From Clostridium sp. CAG:780 (lineage in GTDB: Bacteria; Bacillota; Clostridia; TANB77; CAG-508): a stretch of DNA of 64,000 bases. The number at the start of each line of letters is the position of its first letter. Position 1 is the first letter of the stretch. Where the stretch lies: assembly GCA_000434195.1 (NCBI GenBank), contig HF994469.1:23122-87121 (forward strand), in the 5' to 3' direction. This document shows, piece after piece, positions 20,414 to 30,241 of this stretch. Position numbers and translations under genes: made by a program. Below the pieces are notes generated by a model. It was not told where the DNA came from. It saw nothing but the letters and a program-made list of their open reading frames with translations, and searched no databases.

Positions 20414-20662
20414 ATGGAGCCACAAGAATATAGTTACTGCTGTGAAGCAAAAAAGAAATGCAAAAGAACAAATTGTTTAGGAATAATTGCTATAATATTA
20501 GGAATATTGTTTGCAGGAATTATTGGTGTAATAATTGGAGCAGCACTTGCAGAAACAATATTAGCAGCATTAGCCGCAATTATAGTATTAGCAATAACTT
20601 TTGGTGTTCTTTTAATACTAACTATAATATTGCTACTTTGTAAAAAGCACAAAGATTGTTAA
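20414..20662 (+). CDS. Small two-TM membrane protein with Cys-rich termini (82 aa)
   Basis: GGAGGTG RBS before ATG 20414; CCEAKKKCKRTNC ... CKKHKDC flank a hydrophobic hairpin. Confidence 0.6.
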   Translation: MEPQEYSYCCEAKKKCKRTNCLGIIAIILGILFAGIIGVIIGAALAETILAALAAIIVLAITFGVLLILTIILLLCKKHKDC

Positions 20663-20679
20663 TGCGTAATTAACAAAAT

Positions 20680-20712
20680 AGCATCCCTCGTTTAAGAGGG
20701 ATGCTTCTTTTC
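20680..20712 (+). terminator. Rho-independent terminator
   Basis: agcatccctc/gagggatgct stem followed by a T-rich run. Confidence 0.75.
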
Positions 20713-20797
20713 ACCAAAAATGAACACTTTTGTGGAGAGAAAATCTTGCATAAAAAATCTATAAATTGGAAAGATATTTTTAGAAAGGAAGAGTTTT

Positions 20798-21028
20798 GTG
20801 GAAGTATTTTGGGAAGATGGAAAAATAGTAAGAATAAAAAACGAAAAAGTGGGTGTATATAAATCTCAAACAGGAGAGATTTATAAAGTAAAACCATATT
20901 GCACACATTTGGGATGTCAGCTTCATTTTAACAATATAGATAAAACGTGGGAATGTCCTTGTCATGGTTCAAAATTTTCTTATGATGGAAAATTGATAGA
21001 AGTACCAAGTAATAAAGATTTAAAGTAA
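20798..21028 (+). CDS. Rieske [2Fe-2S] domain protein, minimal or truncated (76 aa, GTG start)
   Basis: CTHLGC ... CPCHGSKF is the Rieske Cys-His/Cys-His motif; GAAAGGAAGAG RBS. Confidence 0.65.
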   Translation: MEVFWEDGKIVRIKNEKVGVYKSQTGEIYKVKPYCTHLGCQLHFNNIDKTWECPCHGSKFSYDGKLIEVPSNKDLK

Positions 21029-21038
21029 TAGAGACAAA

Positions 21039-21073
21039 AAATAATTCCAAAAAGTTTAAGGAATTATTTTTTT
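21039..21073 (+). terminator. Rho-independent terminator
   Basis: aaataattcc/ggaattattt stem followed by a T-run. Confidence 0.7.
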
Positions 21074-21265
21074 AATTAAATATATAATTTAATAAAATTT
21101 TACTATCTCTATTTATAGCATAGCTGTAAGAAAAAATCAATACTTATTTTTTATAAAATGAAGTAGATTTAATCAAGGAAAAATGAGTAAAGCTTAGAAA
21201 GACAAAAGGTATAGCACTTTTATATTTTTATTAAATTATATATTTAATAAAAGAAAAATTACTAG

Positions 21266-21294
21266 TTGATTTGTAGAACATAATGTTTTATAAT
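21266..21294 (+). promoter_or_regulatory. Sigma-A-type promoter of the pilin-headed repeat protein gene
   Basis: TTGATT, 17 nt, TATAAT. Confidence 0.55.
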
Positions 21295-21380
21295 GACGAT
21301 ATACAAAAGGAAAGGGAAATGAAATGCCAAAAGAAGCATTAAAAAATTTAAAAGAAACAAATGAAGGGAGAAAAGTAAAA

Positions 21381-22863
21381 ATGAGAAAAATGTTAAAAAA
21401 CAAAAACGGAATCACGCTAATAGCGTTGGTTGTAACAATAGTAGTACTTTTGATTTTAGCAGGAGTGACGCTAAAACTAGTATTAGACAATAATGGAATA
21501 ATACAAAAATCAAAAGAAGCAAGAAGTGAAACAATTGTTGCAGATGAAAAAAGCAAAGTTGAAATGGCGTATCTTTCAGCAGCATTAAAAAAACTTGGAG
21601 ATACTGTTACAGCAGAAGAATTACAAGAGGAATTGGATTCATCTGTTGGAGCTGGAAAAACAGTAGTAACAACAAATGGGGATGATACATTAAATGTATT
21701 ATTTAATGCAACAGGAAACAATTATAATGTTGATAATGGAGCTGTAGAAAAAATAGAAATTGATAATACTAAAATGGCAATATTTGATACGGGAAAAAAT
21801 GTAGCAAAAAAGATGTATGCATTAGCTCAAGATGGTTCTATTCAATTTTGGTATGTTGTAAATAATTTATCTATAGATGGAATAAAGAAATATAAAGGAA
21901 CTCCTGATTTAACAAAAATGACAGAAGCAAATATTGTTTCTTGGACAGAAGGATACAATGCATATGAACAAAATCCAAGCGCGTATAAGAGTATGATTCC
22001 AGAAGGAACAAAATTATGTCCAATATATATGTGGTTTGAAGAAAGTGGAGAAGAAATACGAGGTATGGATGGATCTGTAGGATTAACAGAAATTACTAAT
22101 TCAAACACGCAAAAGAAAGTGAAAACTGGTACAATATATTGGTGGAGTGAAAGCCAAAATGTATATTTAAATTCTGACAGCTCACAGATGTTTTTTGGAT
22201 TATCATATCTAGCTGATATAAGAGGATTAAGCAATCTAAAAACAAATTATACTAACAATATGAGTTATATTTTCTGTGTAACTACTCAAAACCAAAAATT
22301 AAAGAATTTTGATGCATTATCTAACTGGAATACTGAAAGTGTAACAAATTTAAGTAGTGCGTTTGCAGGATATAAAAATTTAGAAAGCATTGAGGGATTA
22401 ACAAATTGGAATACATCAAAAGTTACAAATATGCATGGAATGCTTGGTGGAGATATGGATGTGCCTGGTTCAAAAATCAAAGATATTAGCCCGTTAAAAA
22501 ATTGGAATGTTAGTAATGTTGTTGATATGTCATATATATTTAATGATATACGGAGTGGAGGATTTGTCGCCAATAACAAATTGGAATGTAAGCAAAGTAA
22601 CTGATATGTCATATATGTTTAGCAGTTGCAAAATAGATAACTTAAATCCAATATCTAGTTGGAATGTAAGCAATGTAACTAATATGAATGCAATGTTTGG
22701 TAATTGTACTAGCTTAACAAATGCATCTGGAATAAACAACTGGAATATAGCAAAAGTAACTAATTTTAATAGTATGTTTTCAGGTTGTCCGACTCACCCA
22801 GAGTTTACAAAAGTTACTGGAACATGGGATGATAATGGAACATTTACGCCAACTACAAAATAA
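21381..22863 (+). CDS. Surface protein with a prepilin-like N-terminus and DUF285/BspA-type leucine-rich repeats. Needs a +1 frame change near 22545-22556, otherwise it is a pseudogene
   Basis: MRKMLKNKNG|ITLIALVVTIVVLLILAGV matches the major pilin N-terminus at 44095. Repeats of W-N-(V/T)-S-x-V-T-x-M-x-x-M-F continue in frame +1 (GVEDLSPITNWNVSKVTDMSYMF...). In-frame CGG at 22551. Confidence 0.75.
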
Positions 22864-22867
22864 AAAA

Positions 22868-22922
22868 TTGCCCAAGAAAAGATTTTCTTCTAAAGGGAAG
22901 TCTCTCTTGGGCAAGGATTTTT
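22868..22922 (+). terminator. Terminator hairpin ttgcccaaga...tcttgggcaa plus T-run (GCCCAAGA hairpin family)
   Basis: 10-bp stem followed by TTTTT. Confidence 0.65.
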
Positions 22923-22931
22923 GCATACCTC

Positions 22932-22960
22932 TTGAAATTTAAAACATCTATTATTATAAT
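22932..22960 (+). promoter_or_regulatory. Sigma-A-type promoter of rusA
   Basis: TTGAAA, 17 nt, TATAAT. Confidence 0.55.
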
Positions 22961-22988
22961 ATAGATACAAAACGAAAAGAGGAATAAT

Positions 22989-23399
22989 ATGAAATACGAA
23001 TTTGAGGTTCCGGGCAAAGTAGTCGGAAAAGAAAGACCAAGAGTAAACATGTACACAGGTAGAGTGTATACACCAAACAAGACAAAAGAATATGAAACAT
23101 TGATACAACAATACTTTAAAATATCATATCCAATGGCTGAAATGCTGGAGGGAAGAGTACACATAGATATAATTGCATACTTAAAAATCCCAAAGGGAAC
23201 AAGTAAGGCAAAAACGACGCAAATGCTAGAAGGTAATATGAGCCCAACACAAAAACCTGATGTCGATAATATTGCAAAATCAGTATTAGATGCAATGAAT
23301 AAAGTAGCCTTCAAAGACGACAATCAAGTTACAAAAATATCAGTTGAAAAACGCTTTTCACAAGAAGAAAAGGTAGAAATAAGAATAGAAGAATATTAA
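22989..23399 (+). CDS. rusA: RusA-family crossover junction endodeoxyribonuclease (prophage-type Holliday junction resolvase)
   Basis: GKERPRV..., KPDVDNIAKSVLDAMNKVAFKDDNQV catalytic Asp region; 136 aa. Confidence 0.85.
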   Translation: MKYEFEVPGKVVGKERPRVNMYTGRVYTPNKTKEYETLIQQYFKISYPMAEMLEGRVHIDIIAYLKIPKGTSKAKTTQMLEGNMSPTQKPDVDNIAKSVLDAMNKVAFKDDNQVTKISVEKRFSQEEKVEIRIEEY

Positions 23400-23407
23400 T
23401 AAAGCTA

Positions 23408-23441
23408 TGCCCAAAGTCAATGCTACTCTTGGGCAAGTTTT
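23408..23441 (+). terminator. Terminator hairpin tgcccaa...ttgggca plus T-run (GCCCAAGA hairpin family)
   Basis: Right arm ctcttgggcaag is identical to that of the 22868-22914 hairpin. Confidence 0.6.
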
Positions 23442-23579
23442 ATTGACAAAACCGCTAAACCGTGCTAATATGAATATGTAGAAAAATTGGAATGTAAATG
23501 TTTTTCACATAAATTGCAAAATAATATGTAAAAATACATGAAAAAATAAAAGCTGTAAACAATAATGATGGAGGAAAGA

Positions 23580-24293
23580 ATGTTATTAGAATTAAAAGAT
23601 ATTTGTTTTACAAGAGATAATAAAAAGATATTAAATAATATAAATCTGCAAATAGAACCAGAAAAATTTATTGCAATAACTGGACCAAATGGCTCGGGAA
23701 AGTCAACACTTGCAAAGATTATAATGGGAATAGAAAAACCGGATTCGGGAACAATTTTATTTAATGGACAAGACATTACAAATATGCCAATAAATGAAAG
23801 AGCAAAATTAGGAATGAGTTTTGCTTTTCAACAACCTGTTAAATTTAAAGGAATAACTGTGTATGACCTGTTGAAAATAGCAGCGAAAAAACGCATAAAC
23901 AGAGCAGAAGCATGCGAGATATTATCAAAAGTAGGATTGTGTGCAAAAGAATATGTTGATAGAGAAGTAAATGGTTCTTTGTCAGGCGGGGAATTAAAAA
24001 GAATAGAAATAGCAACAGTTGTGCTAAGAGAAGCTATGCTTACAATATTTGATGAGCCAGAAGCAGGAATAGATTTGTGGAGTTTTAATAATTTAATAGA
24101 AATATTTGAAGAACTAAGCAGAGAGATAAAAGGCTCAACAATTATAATTTCACACCAGGAAAGAATCTTGAAAATTGCTGACGAAATTATATTAATGAAA
24201 TCGGGAAAAATTGCAAAAATTGGAACCAGCGACGAAATATTAAGCAGTGAAATTCTAAGTAAAGAATGTTGCAAAATGAACAAAAAATGCTAG
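23580..24293 (+). CDS. sufC: Fe-S cluster assembly ATPase SufC-like ABC protein
   Basis: Walker A GPNGSGKST, LSGGELKR signature, FDEPEAGID Walker B, followed by a SufB/D gene. GGAGGAAAG RBS before ATG 23580. Confidence 0.8.
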   Translation: MLLELKDICFTRDNKKILNNINLQIEPEKFIAITGPNGSGKSTLAKIIMGIEKPDSGTILFNGQDITNMPINERAKLGMSFAFQQPVKFKGITVYDLLKIAAKKRINRAEACEILSKVGLCAKEYVDREVNGSLSGGELKRIEIATVVLREAMLTIFDEPEAGIDLWSFNNLIEIFEELSREIKGSTIIISHQERILKIADEIILMKSGKIAKIGTSDEILSSEILSKECCKMNKKC

Positions 24294-24305
24294 AAAGGAG
24301 ACGGA

Positions 24306-25238
24306 ATGGAAGATAATAGACTAGAAACAGTTGATGAAGAACTACTAAATGAAATATCTGATTACAATGGCGAATTCAAGGGCGCATATAATATAAGAAA
24401 AAATGGGAAAGGAATACAAAGACAAGTTACAGAAAATATCAATATAGTTACAAAAACGGACAAACCGGGAATAGATATAATAGTTAAACCAAATACAAAG
24501 TTTGAATTTGTGCATATACCAGTTATACTAACAGAGAGTGGATTAAAAGATGTAGTTTACAATGATTTCTTTATAGGAAAAGATGCAAATGTAATAATAA
24601 TTGCTGGTTGTGGAATTCATAATGATCATCATAAAAATAGCCAACACGACGGAATACACAGATTCTTCCTAGAAGAGGGAGCAAAAGTAAAATACATTGA
24701 AAAACATTATGGAGAAGGCTCTGGAGATGGAAAGAGAATTTTAAATCCGGTAACAGAAGTTTATTTAAAATCGGGAAGTAGTATGGAGATGGAGGCTGTA
24801 CAAATAAAGGGAGTGGACTCTGCAATAAGAGAGACAAAAGGAGTGTTGGAGGATAACACAAATTTTGTAGTAACAGAGAAAATTATGACACATGGAAAAC
24901 AAAGTGCGCAAACATGTTTTGATGTTCAGTTAAATGGAGAAAATGCAAGCACACATGTAACATCCAGATCAGTTGCAACAGAAGATTCATACCAACACTT
25001 TACATCAAAAATATATGGAAATTCAAAATGTTTTGCACATAGTGAATGTGATGCAATCATAAAAGATAATGCAAAAGTTAAAGCAACTCCGGAAATTACA
25101 GCAAATAATGTGGATGCAAATTTGATTCACGAAGCTGCAATCGGAAAAATAGCAGGAGAGCAATTAACAAAATTAATGACATTGGGATTATCTGAGAAAG
25201 AAGCAGAAGAACAAATAATAACTGGATTTTTAAGATAA
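24306..25238 (+). CDS. SufB/SufD-family Fe-S cluster assembly scaffold protein (310 aa)
   Basis: Beta-helix-type repeats and a C-terminal ...IHEAAIGKIAGEQLTKLMTLGLSEKEAEEQII segment typical of SufB/D; adjacent to sufC. Confidence 0.75.
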   Translation: MEDNRLETVDEELLNEISDYNGEFKGAYNIRKNGKGIQRQVTENINIVTKTDKPGIDIIVKPNTKFEFVHIPVILTESGLKDVVYNDFFIGKDANVIIIAGCGIHNDHHKNSQHDGIHRFFLEEGAKVKYIEKHYGEGSGDGKRILNPVTEVYLKSGSSMEMEAVQIKGVDSAIRETKGVLEDNTNFVVTEKIMTHGKQSAQTCFDVQLNGENASTHVTSRSVATEDSYQHFTSKIYGNSKCFAHSECDAIIKDNAKVKATPEITANNVDANLIHEAAIGKIAGEQLTKLMTLGLSEKEAEEQIITGFLR

Positions 25239-25280
25239 AAATAGAACTGCCTAGCATGAACGATGCTAAGCAGTTTGTTT

Positions 25281-25475
25281 TTAATCGTTTATTTTTGAAT
25301 ATAATCCGATACAAATTAAACCACATACACCAACTAAAGAGTATATGATTCTAGTAAATACGCTCATAGCTCCAAATAATGTAGCAACTAAATCAAAGCT
25401 AAACAAACCTATTAATAGCCAGTTTAAAGCGCCAATTATAACAAGAGTAAGAGCTATATAATATAATACCTTCAT
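25281..25475 (-). CDS. DUF378-family small membrane protein
   Basis: IIGALNWLLIGLFSFDLVA motif; 64 aa; two TM segments. Confidence 0.8.
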   Translation of the reverse strand: MKVLYYIALTLVIIGALNWLLIGLFSFDLVATLFGAMSVFTRIIYSLVGVCGLICIGLYSKIND

Positions 25476-25615
25476 AATTAATCTCCTTCCTTTGAAAAAT
25501 TAATTAGACTGGAATTGTTATCTCTCAAAAGCTAATTATATTTTTAGTATATTAAATTTTTAAAAAATTATTCAACAAAAATAAAACCAAAAAATTTAAA
25601 AAGTAGCAAAATTTG

Positions 25616-27433
25616 CTACTTTTTAAATTGTGAATTATAAAGATCTGCATAAAATCCATTTTTTGCAATTAACTCCTCATGAGTTCCTTGCTCAACAATG
25701 TTTCCTTCATTCATAACTAAAATCATATCTGCATTTCTTATTGTAGATAGTCTGTGAGCAATTATGAAAGAAGTTTTTCCTTCAGTCAATTTATCCATTG
25801 CTTTTTGAACAAGCTCTTCTGTACGAGTATCAACATTACTTGTCGCTTCATCTAAAATTAGGAAAGGTGCATCCTTTAACATACCACGAGCGATGGTAAT
25901 TAACTGTTTTTGACCAGCTGAAATACTTTCGTTATCGGTTATTTCAAATGAAAGACCATTTGGTAGAGAATTAACAAACTTATCAATTCCAACAACCTTG
26001 CAAGCTAGTATAATTTGTTCATCAGAAATATTAGTATTGTTATATTTTATATTATCTCTAATTGTTCCATTGAAAAGCCAAGTGTCTTGAAGGACCATAA
26101 CAAATAAATCGTGAATATTTTCTCTAGATAAATCTTTAATAGAAATTCCATCAATCTTAATATCTCCGTCTGTAATATCATAGAATTTCATAAGAAGATT
26201 TACCATAGTTGTTTTTCCAGCACCAGTAGGGCCGACAATAGCAACTTTTTCGCCACTTTTAACATTACAGCTAAAATCTTTTATAACAGTTTTATCATCA
26301 TCATAAGAAAACTTAATGTGGTCAAAAATTATATTTCCTTTTGCATCTTTGCGCTTTAATGCCTTTTTGATATTTTCTTGTTTATCCATTTCAGGTTCTT
26401 CTAAGAATTCAAAAACTCTCTCAGATGCTGCAGCAGTTGTTTGAAGATTTGTCATACCTTGTGCAATTTGAGATAGGGGACCTGTAAAAAGTCTGATATA
26501 TAGCATAAATGCAACAATTACACCGAAAGTGATTTGATTATTCATAACCAAAATAGCACCAACAATACAAACTAAAACATAACCAAAGTTTCCTATAAAG
26601 TTCATAATAGGAGACATCAAACCTGATAAGAATTGACTCTTTCTATTACATTCATAAACTCTTTGATTAAGTTCATCAAATTTTGTAGATGCTTCTGCAT
26701 TACCATTGTAAGACTTTACAACATTGTGACTAGAATAAATCTCTTCAATATGTCCATTTAAATTTCCAAGCTCAACCTGTCTAGCATTAAAATACTTTTG
26801 AGATTTTGCTAGAATTATAAACATAAATATAAATCCGATTAGGGAAGAGATAATACCTGTCAAAGTTAAAATCCAATTTGTATAGAACATCATTATAATT
26901 GAGCCAATAAACAATGTTAAAGCTCCTATAAGAGTACATAAACTTTGTTGAAGAGTCATATTAATAGTATCAATATCGTTGGTTACTCTGGATAAAATGT
27001 CACCATAGCTATGTTTATCAAAATATCTAAGAGGAAGAGCATTTATCTTTTTAGATATTTGAGTACGTAAGCTTTGAGCAAATTTGTTAGAAACTGTTGA
27101 CATTATAAAGCCTTGAAGATAATCGAATACAGCGCCAATTAAATAAATTATCAATAAAAATAGTGATATAGATTTTACAGAATCGAAATTTATTCCACCC
27201 ATAAGACCATTTGTTATTTCATTTGTTAAATCACTTAATTTATTTGGACCAATTATGACCAAGATAGAACTCAAAGTTGCTAAAACAAGGGCAATTACAA
27301 TAAAAGGTATATATCTTTTCATATAATGCAATAATTTTCTTAAAGCTAATTTTAAGTTTTTAGGCTTTTCATTAACTCTATTAGGTCCGACATTTCTAGG
27401 TTTTTGTTTATAAGTCTTTTCGTCATTACCCAT
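25616..27433 (-). CDS. ABC exporter, fused permease/ATPase (heterodimer partner B)
   Basis: Six-TM domain plus GPTGAGKTT, SAGQKQLITIAR, FLILDEATS. Confidence 0.9.
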   Translation of the reverse strand: MGNDEKTYKQKPRNVGPNRVNEKPKNLKLALRKLLHYMKRYIPFIVIALVLATLSSILVIIGPNKLSDLTNEITNGLMGGINFDSVKSISLFLLIIYLIGAVFDYLQGFIMSTVSNKFAQSLRTQISKKINALPLRYFDKHSYGDILSRVTNDIDTINMTLQQSLCTLIGALTLFIGSIIMMFYTNWILTLTGIISSLIGFIFMFIILAKSQKYFNARQVELGNLNGHIEEIYSSHNVVKSYNGNAEASTKFDELNQRVYECNRKSQFLSGLMSPIMNFIGNFGYVLVCIVGAILVMNNQITFGVIVAFMLYIRLFTGPLSQIAQGMTNLQTTAAASERVFEFLEEPEMDKQENIKKALKRKDAKGNIIFDHIKFSYDDDKTVIKDFSCNVKSGEKVAIVGPTGAGKTTMVNLLMKFYDITDGDIKIDGISIKDLSRENIHDLFVMVLQDTWLFNGTIRDNIKYNNTNISDEQIILACKVVGIDKFVNSLPNGLSFEITDNESISAGQKQLITIARGMLKDAPFLILDEATSNVDTRTEELVQKAMDKLTEGKTSFIIAHRLSTIRNADMILVMNEGNIVEQGTHEELIAKNGFYADLYNSQFKK

Positions 27434-29189
27434 TTTCTAATTCCTCCTTTGAAAGTTGAGAATATGCAATTTCTTGATAAACTTTACAGTTCTTCAAAAG
27501 TTCTTTATGAGTACCTAAACCAACGCACTCACCATTTTCTAAAACTAAAATTTTATCAGCATTCAAAATTGTTCCAATTCTTTGAGCTACAATAATCATA
27601 GTAGCATCCTTTGTATATTTCTTTAGCTCACTTCTAAGCATAAAATCAGTCTTATAATCCAACGCACTAAAAGAATCATCAAAAATATAAATTTCAGGAT
27701 TTCTAGCAATAGCTCTAGCAATAGCTAATCTTTGCTTTTGACCACCAGAAATATTTGTTCCACCTTGTGCAATAAATGCGTTATATTGTTCTGGCATTTT
27801 TTCGACGAATTCTTTTCCTTGAGCAATTTCAACAGCTTTTTTTACTTCATCTTCGGAAGCTTTTTTATCTCCATTATCACCATAAGAAACATTATAATTT
27901 ACACTACCACTGAACATTACAGCTCTTTGTGGAACATATCCTAATTTGTTATGTAAAAATTCTTGCGAGTATTCTTTTATATTAACTCCATCAACCAAAA
28001 CTTCTCCTTCAGTGGCATCAAAGAATCTAGGAATTAAATTAATAAGAGAAGACTTTCCTGAACCAGTAGAACCTATTATAGCAACTGTTTCTCCTTTTTT
28101 AGCAGTAAATGAGATATCTTTTAAAACATAGTCATTGCCATCAGGATATTTAAAAGAAACGTTTTTAAATTCTACTTCTCCAACAAGTGATGATGTATTT
28201 TTATCAATTTTTCCATCTTTAATTTTAGTTTCTGTATCTAAAACTTCAGCAATTCTGCTTGCAGAAACACTAGCTCTAGGATACATTACAAAAATCATTG
28301 CAAGCATTAAGAAAGACATAATAACCTGCATAGCATAGCTAGAAAATACAACCATATTACTGAAAATTGTAATTTTATCAAGCATATTAGCTGCATTAAT
28401 CAAATAAGCACCAACAAAATAAATTGATAAAGTAAGTAAGTCCATAATTAAATACATAACAGGGGACATAGCAGACATTGCTCTCTGATTAAATAACTGA
28501 GTATCTGTTAAATCTTTATTACCAACTTCAAACTTATCTTCTTGATATTTTTCGGCATTAAAAGCTCTAACAACACGAATACCTGTTAGATTTTCTCTTG
28601 TCAAACCGTTAATATTATCAATTAATTTCTGCACTCTCTTAAATCTAGGCATTACAACAATTATTAAAACTACAACACATATCAACAAAATAAAAACTGC
28701 TGCACCGGTAAGAGCACTCCATTGCCAACTTTTATTCAAAATCTTAAATACAGCCCATACAGCCATAATAGGGGACTTGATCAATAACTGTAGTCCCATA
28801 GAAATGAATCTTTGAATATTTGTAATATCGTTTGTAGTTCTTGTAATTAAGCTACTTGTTGAAAAGTTATTAATCTCTTCCATACTAAAATTTTGAACTT
28901 TCTCAAACAATTTCTTACGAATGTTTTTAGAAAAAGTTGCAGAAATAAAAGAAGATAAATAGCCAACAAAAATAGCAGAAACTAAACTTCCACCAGCACA
29001 AAGCATCATATATTTGCCTTGCTCTAAAATATCAGACATTTGACTGCCTTCGGTTTTTACTAAAATCGTTATTTCTGACATATAATCAGGAAGCTTTAAA
29101 TCAAGCCAAACCTGAAAAGCAACTAATATAACACAAATAAATATTAGTAAATAATCCTTTTTTGTAAAATTCTTTAAAAGCTTTAACAT
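27426..29189 (-). CDS. ABC exporter, fused permease/ATPase (heterodimer partner A)
   Basis: GSTGSGKSS, SGGQKQRLAIAR, IYIFDDSFSALD; 8-nt overlap with the downstream partner. Confidence 0.9.
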   Translation of the reverse strand: MLKLLKNFTKKDYLLIFICVILVAFQVWLDLKLPDYMSEITILVKTEGSQMSDILEQGKYMMLCAGGSLVSAIFVGYLSSFISATFSKNIRKKLFEKVQNFSMEEINNFSTSSLITRTTNDITNIQRFISMGLQLLIKSPIMAVWAVFKILNKSWQWSALTGAAVFILLICVVVLIIVVMPRFKRVQKLIDNINGLTRENLTGIRVVRAFNAEKYQEDKFEVGNKDLTDTQLFNQRAMSAMSPVMYLIMDLLTLSIYFVGAYLINAANMLDKITIFSNMVVFSSYAMQVIMSFLMLAMIFVMYPRASVSASRIAEVLDTETKIKDGKIDKNTSSLVGEVEFKNVSFKYPDGNDYVLKDISFTAKKGETVAIIGSTGSGKSSLINLIPRFFDATEGEVLVDGVNIKEYSQEFLHNKLGYVPQRAVMFSGSVNYNVSYGDNGDKKASEDEVKKAVEIAQGKEFVEKMPEQYNAFIAQGGTNISGGQKQRLAIARAIARNPEIYIFDDSFSALDYKTDFMLRSELKKYTKDATMIIVAQRIGTILNADKILVLENGECVGLGTHKELLKNCKVYQEIAYSQLSKEELENG

Positions 29190-29212
29190 TGTAAAATCCT
29201 TTCTTAAATAAA

Positions 29213-29917
29213 TTAATCTCTATCTCGACTTCCTAAAATTAATACTAATCTAAGTAATTGTAGAATAGACGAAAGCAAGCCTGCAACATAAGTCATTGCA
29301 GCAGCTCCAAGAACACTCCTAATCCCTGAATTATCTTGTTCGAATGATAAATTTAACATATCTAATTGCTTTTTTCCTCTACGAGAAGCATCAAACTCGA
29401 CAGGTAATGTAACTAATTGAAAAACAACAGTTGCAAATAATATTAGAATTGATAATTTAATATAACCAGTTAAACCACCAATTAATGAAACAATTAATCC
29501 AAAGTATCCTAAATATGAAATAAAATTTACGATAGGAACTAAAAAAGATCTAATCTTAAAAAATATATAATTTTCTTTATCTTGAATAGCATGACCGCAT
29601 TCATGGGCTGCAACTGCCATTGAAGCAATAGAAGTTCCATTATAAATTGCAGAAGAAAGCCTAATTAACTTTTTAGATGGGTCATAATGATCTGTTAAAT
29701 TACCAGAAGTTTTATAAACTTCAATATCAGATAATCCATTAGCATTTAAAATAGTTTTTGCTACTTCATAACCAGTAAGACCTTTATAATTTTGAATTCT
29801 TCTATACTTAGAATATGCTGAATTAATTCTAATTTGTGCAAAAAGCACAAGAAGAAATCCTATAACCATCAATAAAACAGTAAAACTGTTATCATACCAC
29901 ATTAACCAAAAATCCAT
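29213..29917 (-). CDS. YugP-type putative neutral zinc metallopeptidase (membrane-anchored)
   Basis: HECGHAIQD zinc motif, N- and C-terminal TM segments. GGAGG RBS before ATG 29917; the 5' extension to 30148 in the ORF track has no support. Confidence 0.85.
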   Translation of the reverse strand: MDFWLMWYDNSFTVLLMVIGFLLVLFAQIRINSAYSKYRRIQNYKGLTGYEVAKTILNANGLSDIEVYKTSGNLTDHYDPSKKLIRLSSAIYNGTSIASMAVAAHECGHAIQDKENYIFFKIRSFLVPIVNFISYLGYFGLIVSLIGGLTGYIKLSILILFATVVFQLVTLPVEFDASRRGKKQLDMLNLSFEQDNSGIRSVLGAAAMTYVAGLLSSILQLLRLVLILGSRDRD

Positions 29918-30130
29918 ATAAAAACCTCCTGTATTTTTATAAGTATAATGTAATGCAAAACTCAGAAAACACGAGTATTGCGTATAAACTATTATAAAAA
30001 CAAAAAATATATAAGTCAAGGAGAAACTGTGAACATTTTGTGAAATATTCAGAAAAATAAGCAAAATTCGACAAATAGGATACGAGTATAAGAAAATGGA
30101 AATGGAATCTTTCTTTTCGATTTCCGGCAT

Positions 30131-30171
30131 TCTAAAACAAAACAACATTAAAGCTTTGCTTTAATGTTGTT
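30131..30171 (-). terminator. Terminator after the ORF6N gene
   Basis: Perfect 13-bp stem aacaacattaaag/ctttaatgttgtt followed by a T-rich run on the minus strand. Confidence 0.7.
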
Positions 30172-30241
30172 ATTCATAAATTATATATTTAGTGTTGTAT
30201 GGGAAATAAGTAATGTTATACACAAATCTATTCTATTTTAA

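Noticed and set aside
29918-30148. N-terminal 77-codon extension of the yugP-like peptidase ORF
   Set aside because: A GGAGG RBS precedes the internal ATG 29917, and the family N-terminus (MDFWLMWYDN...) begins there. The extension runs through a terminator and promoter region.
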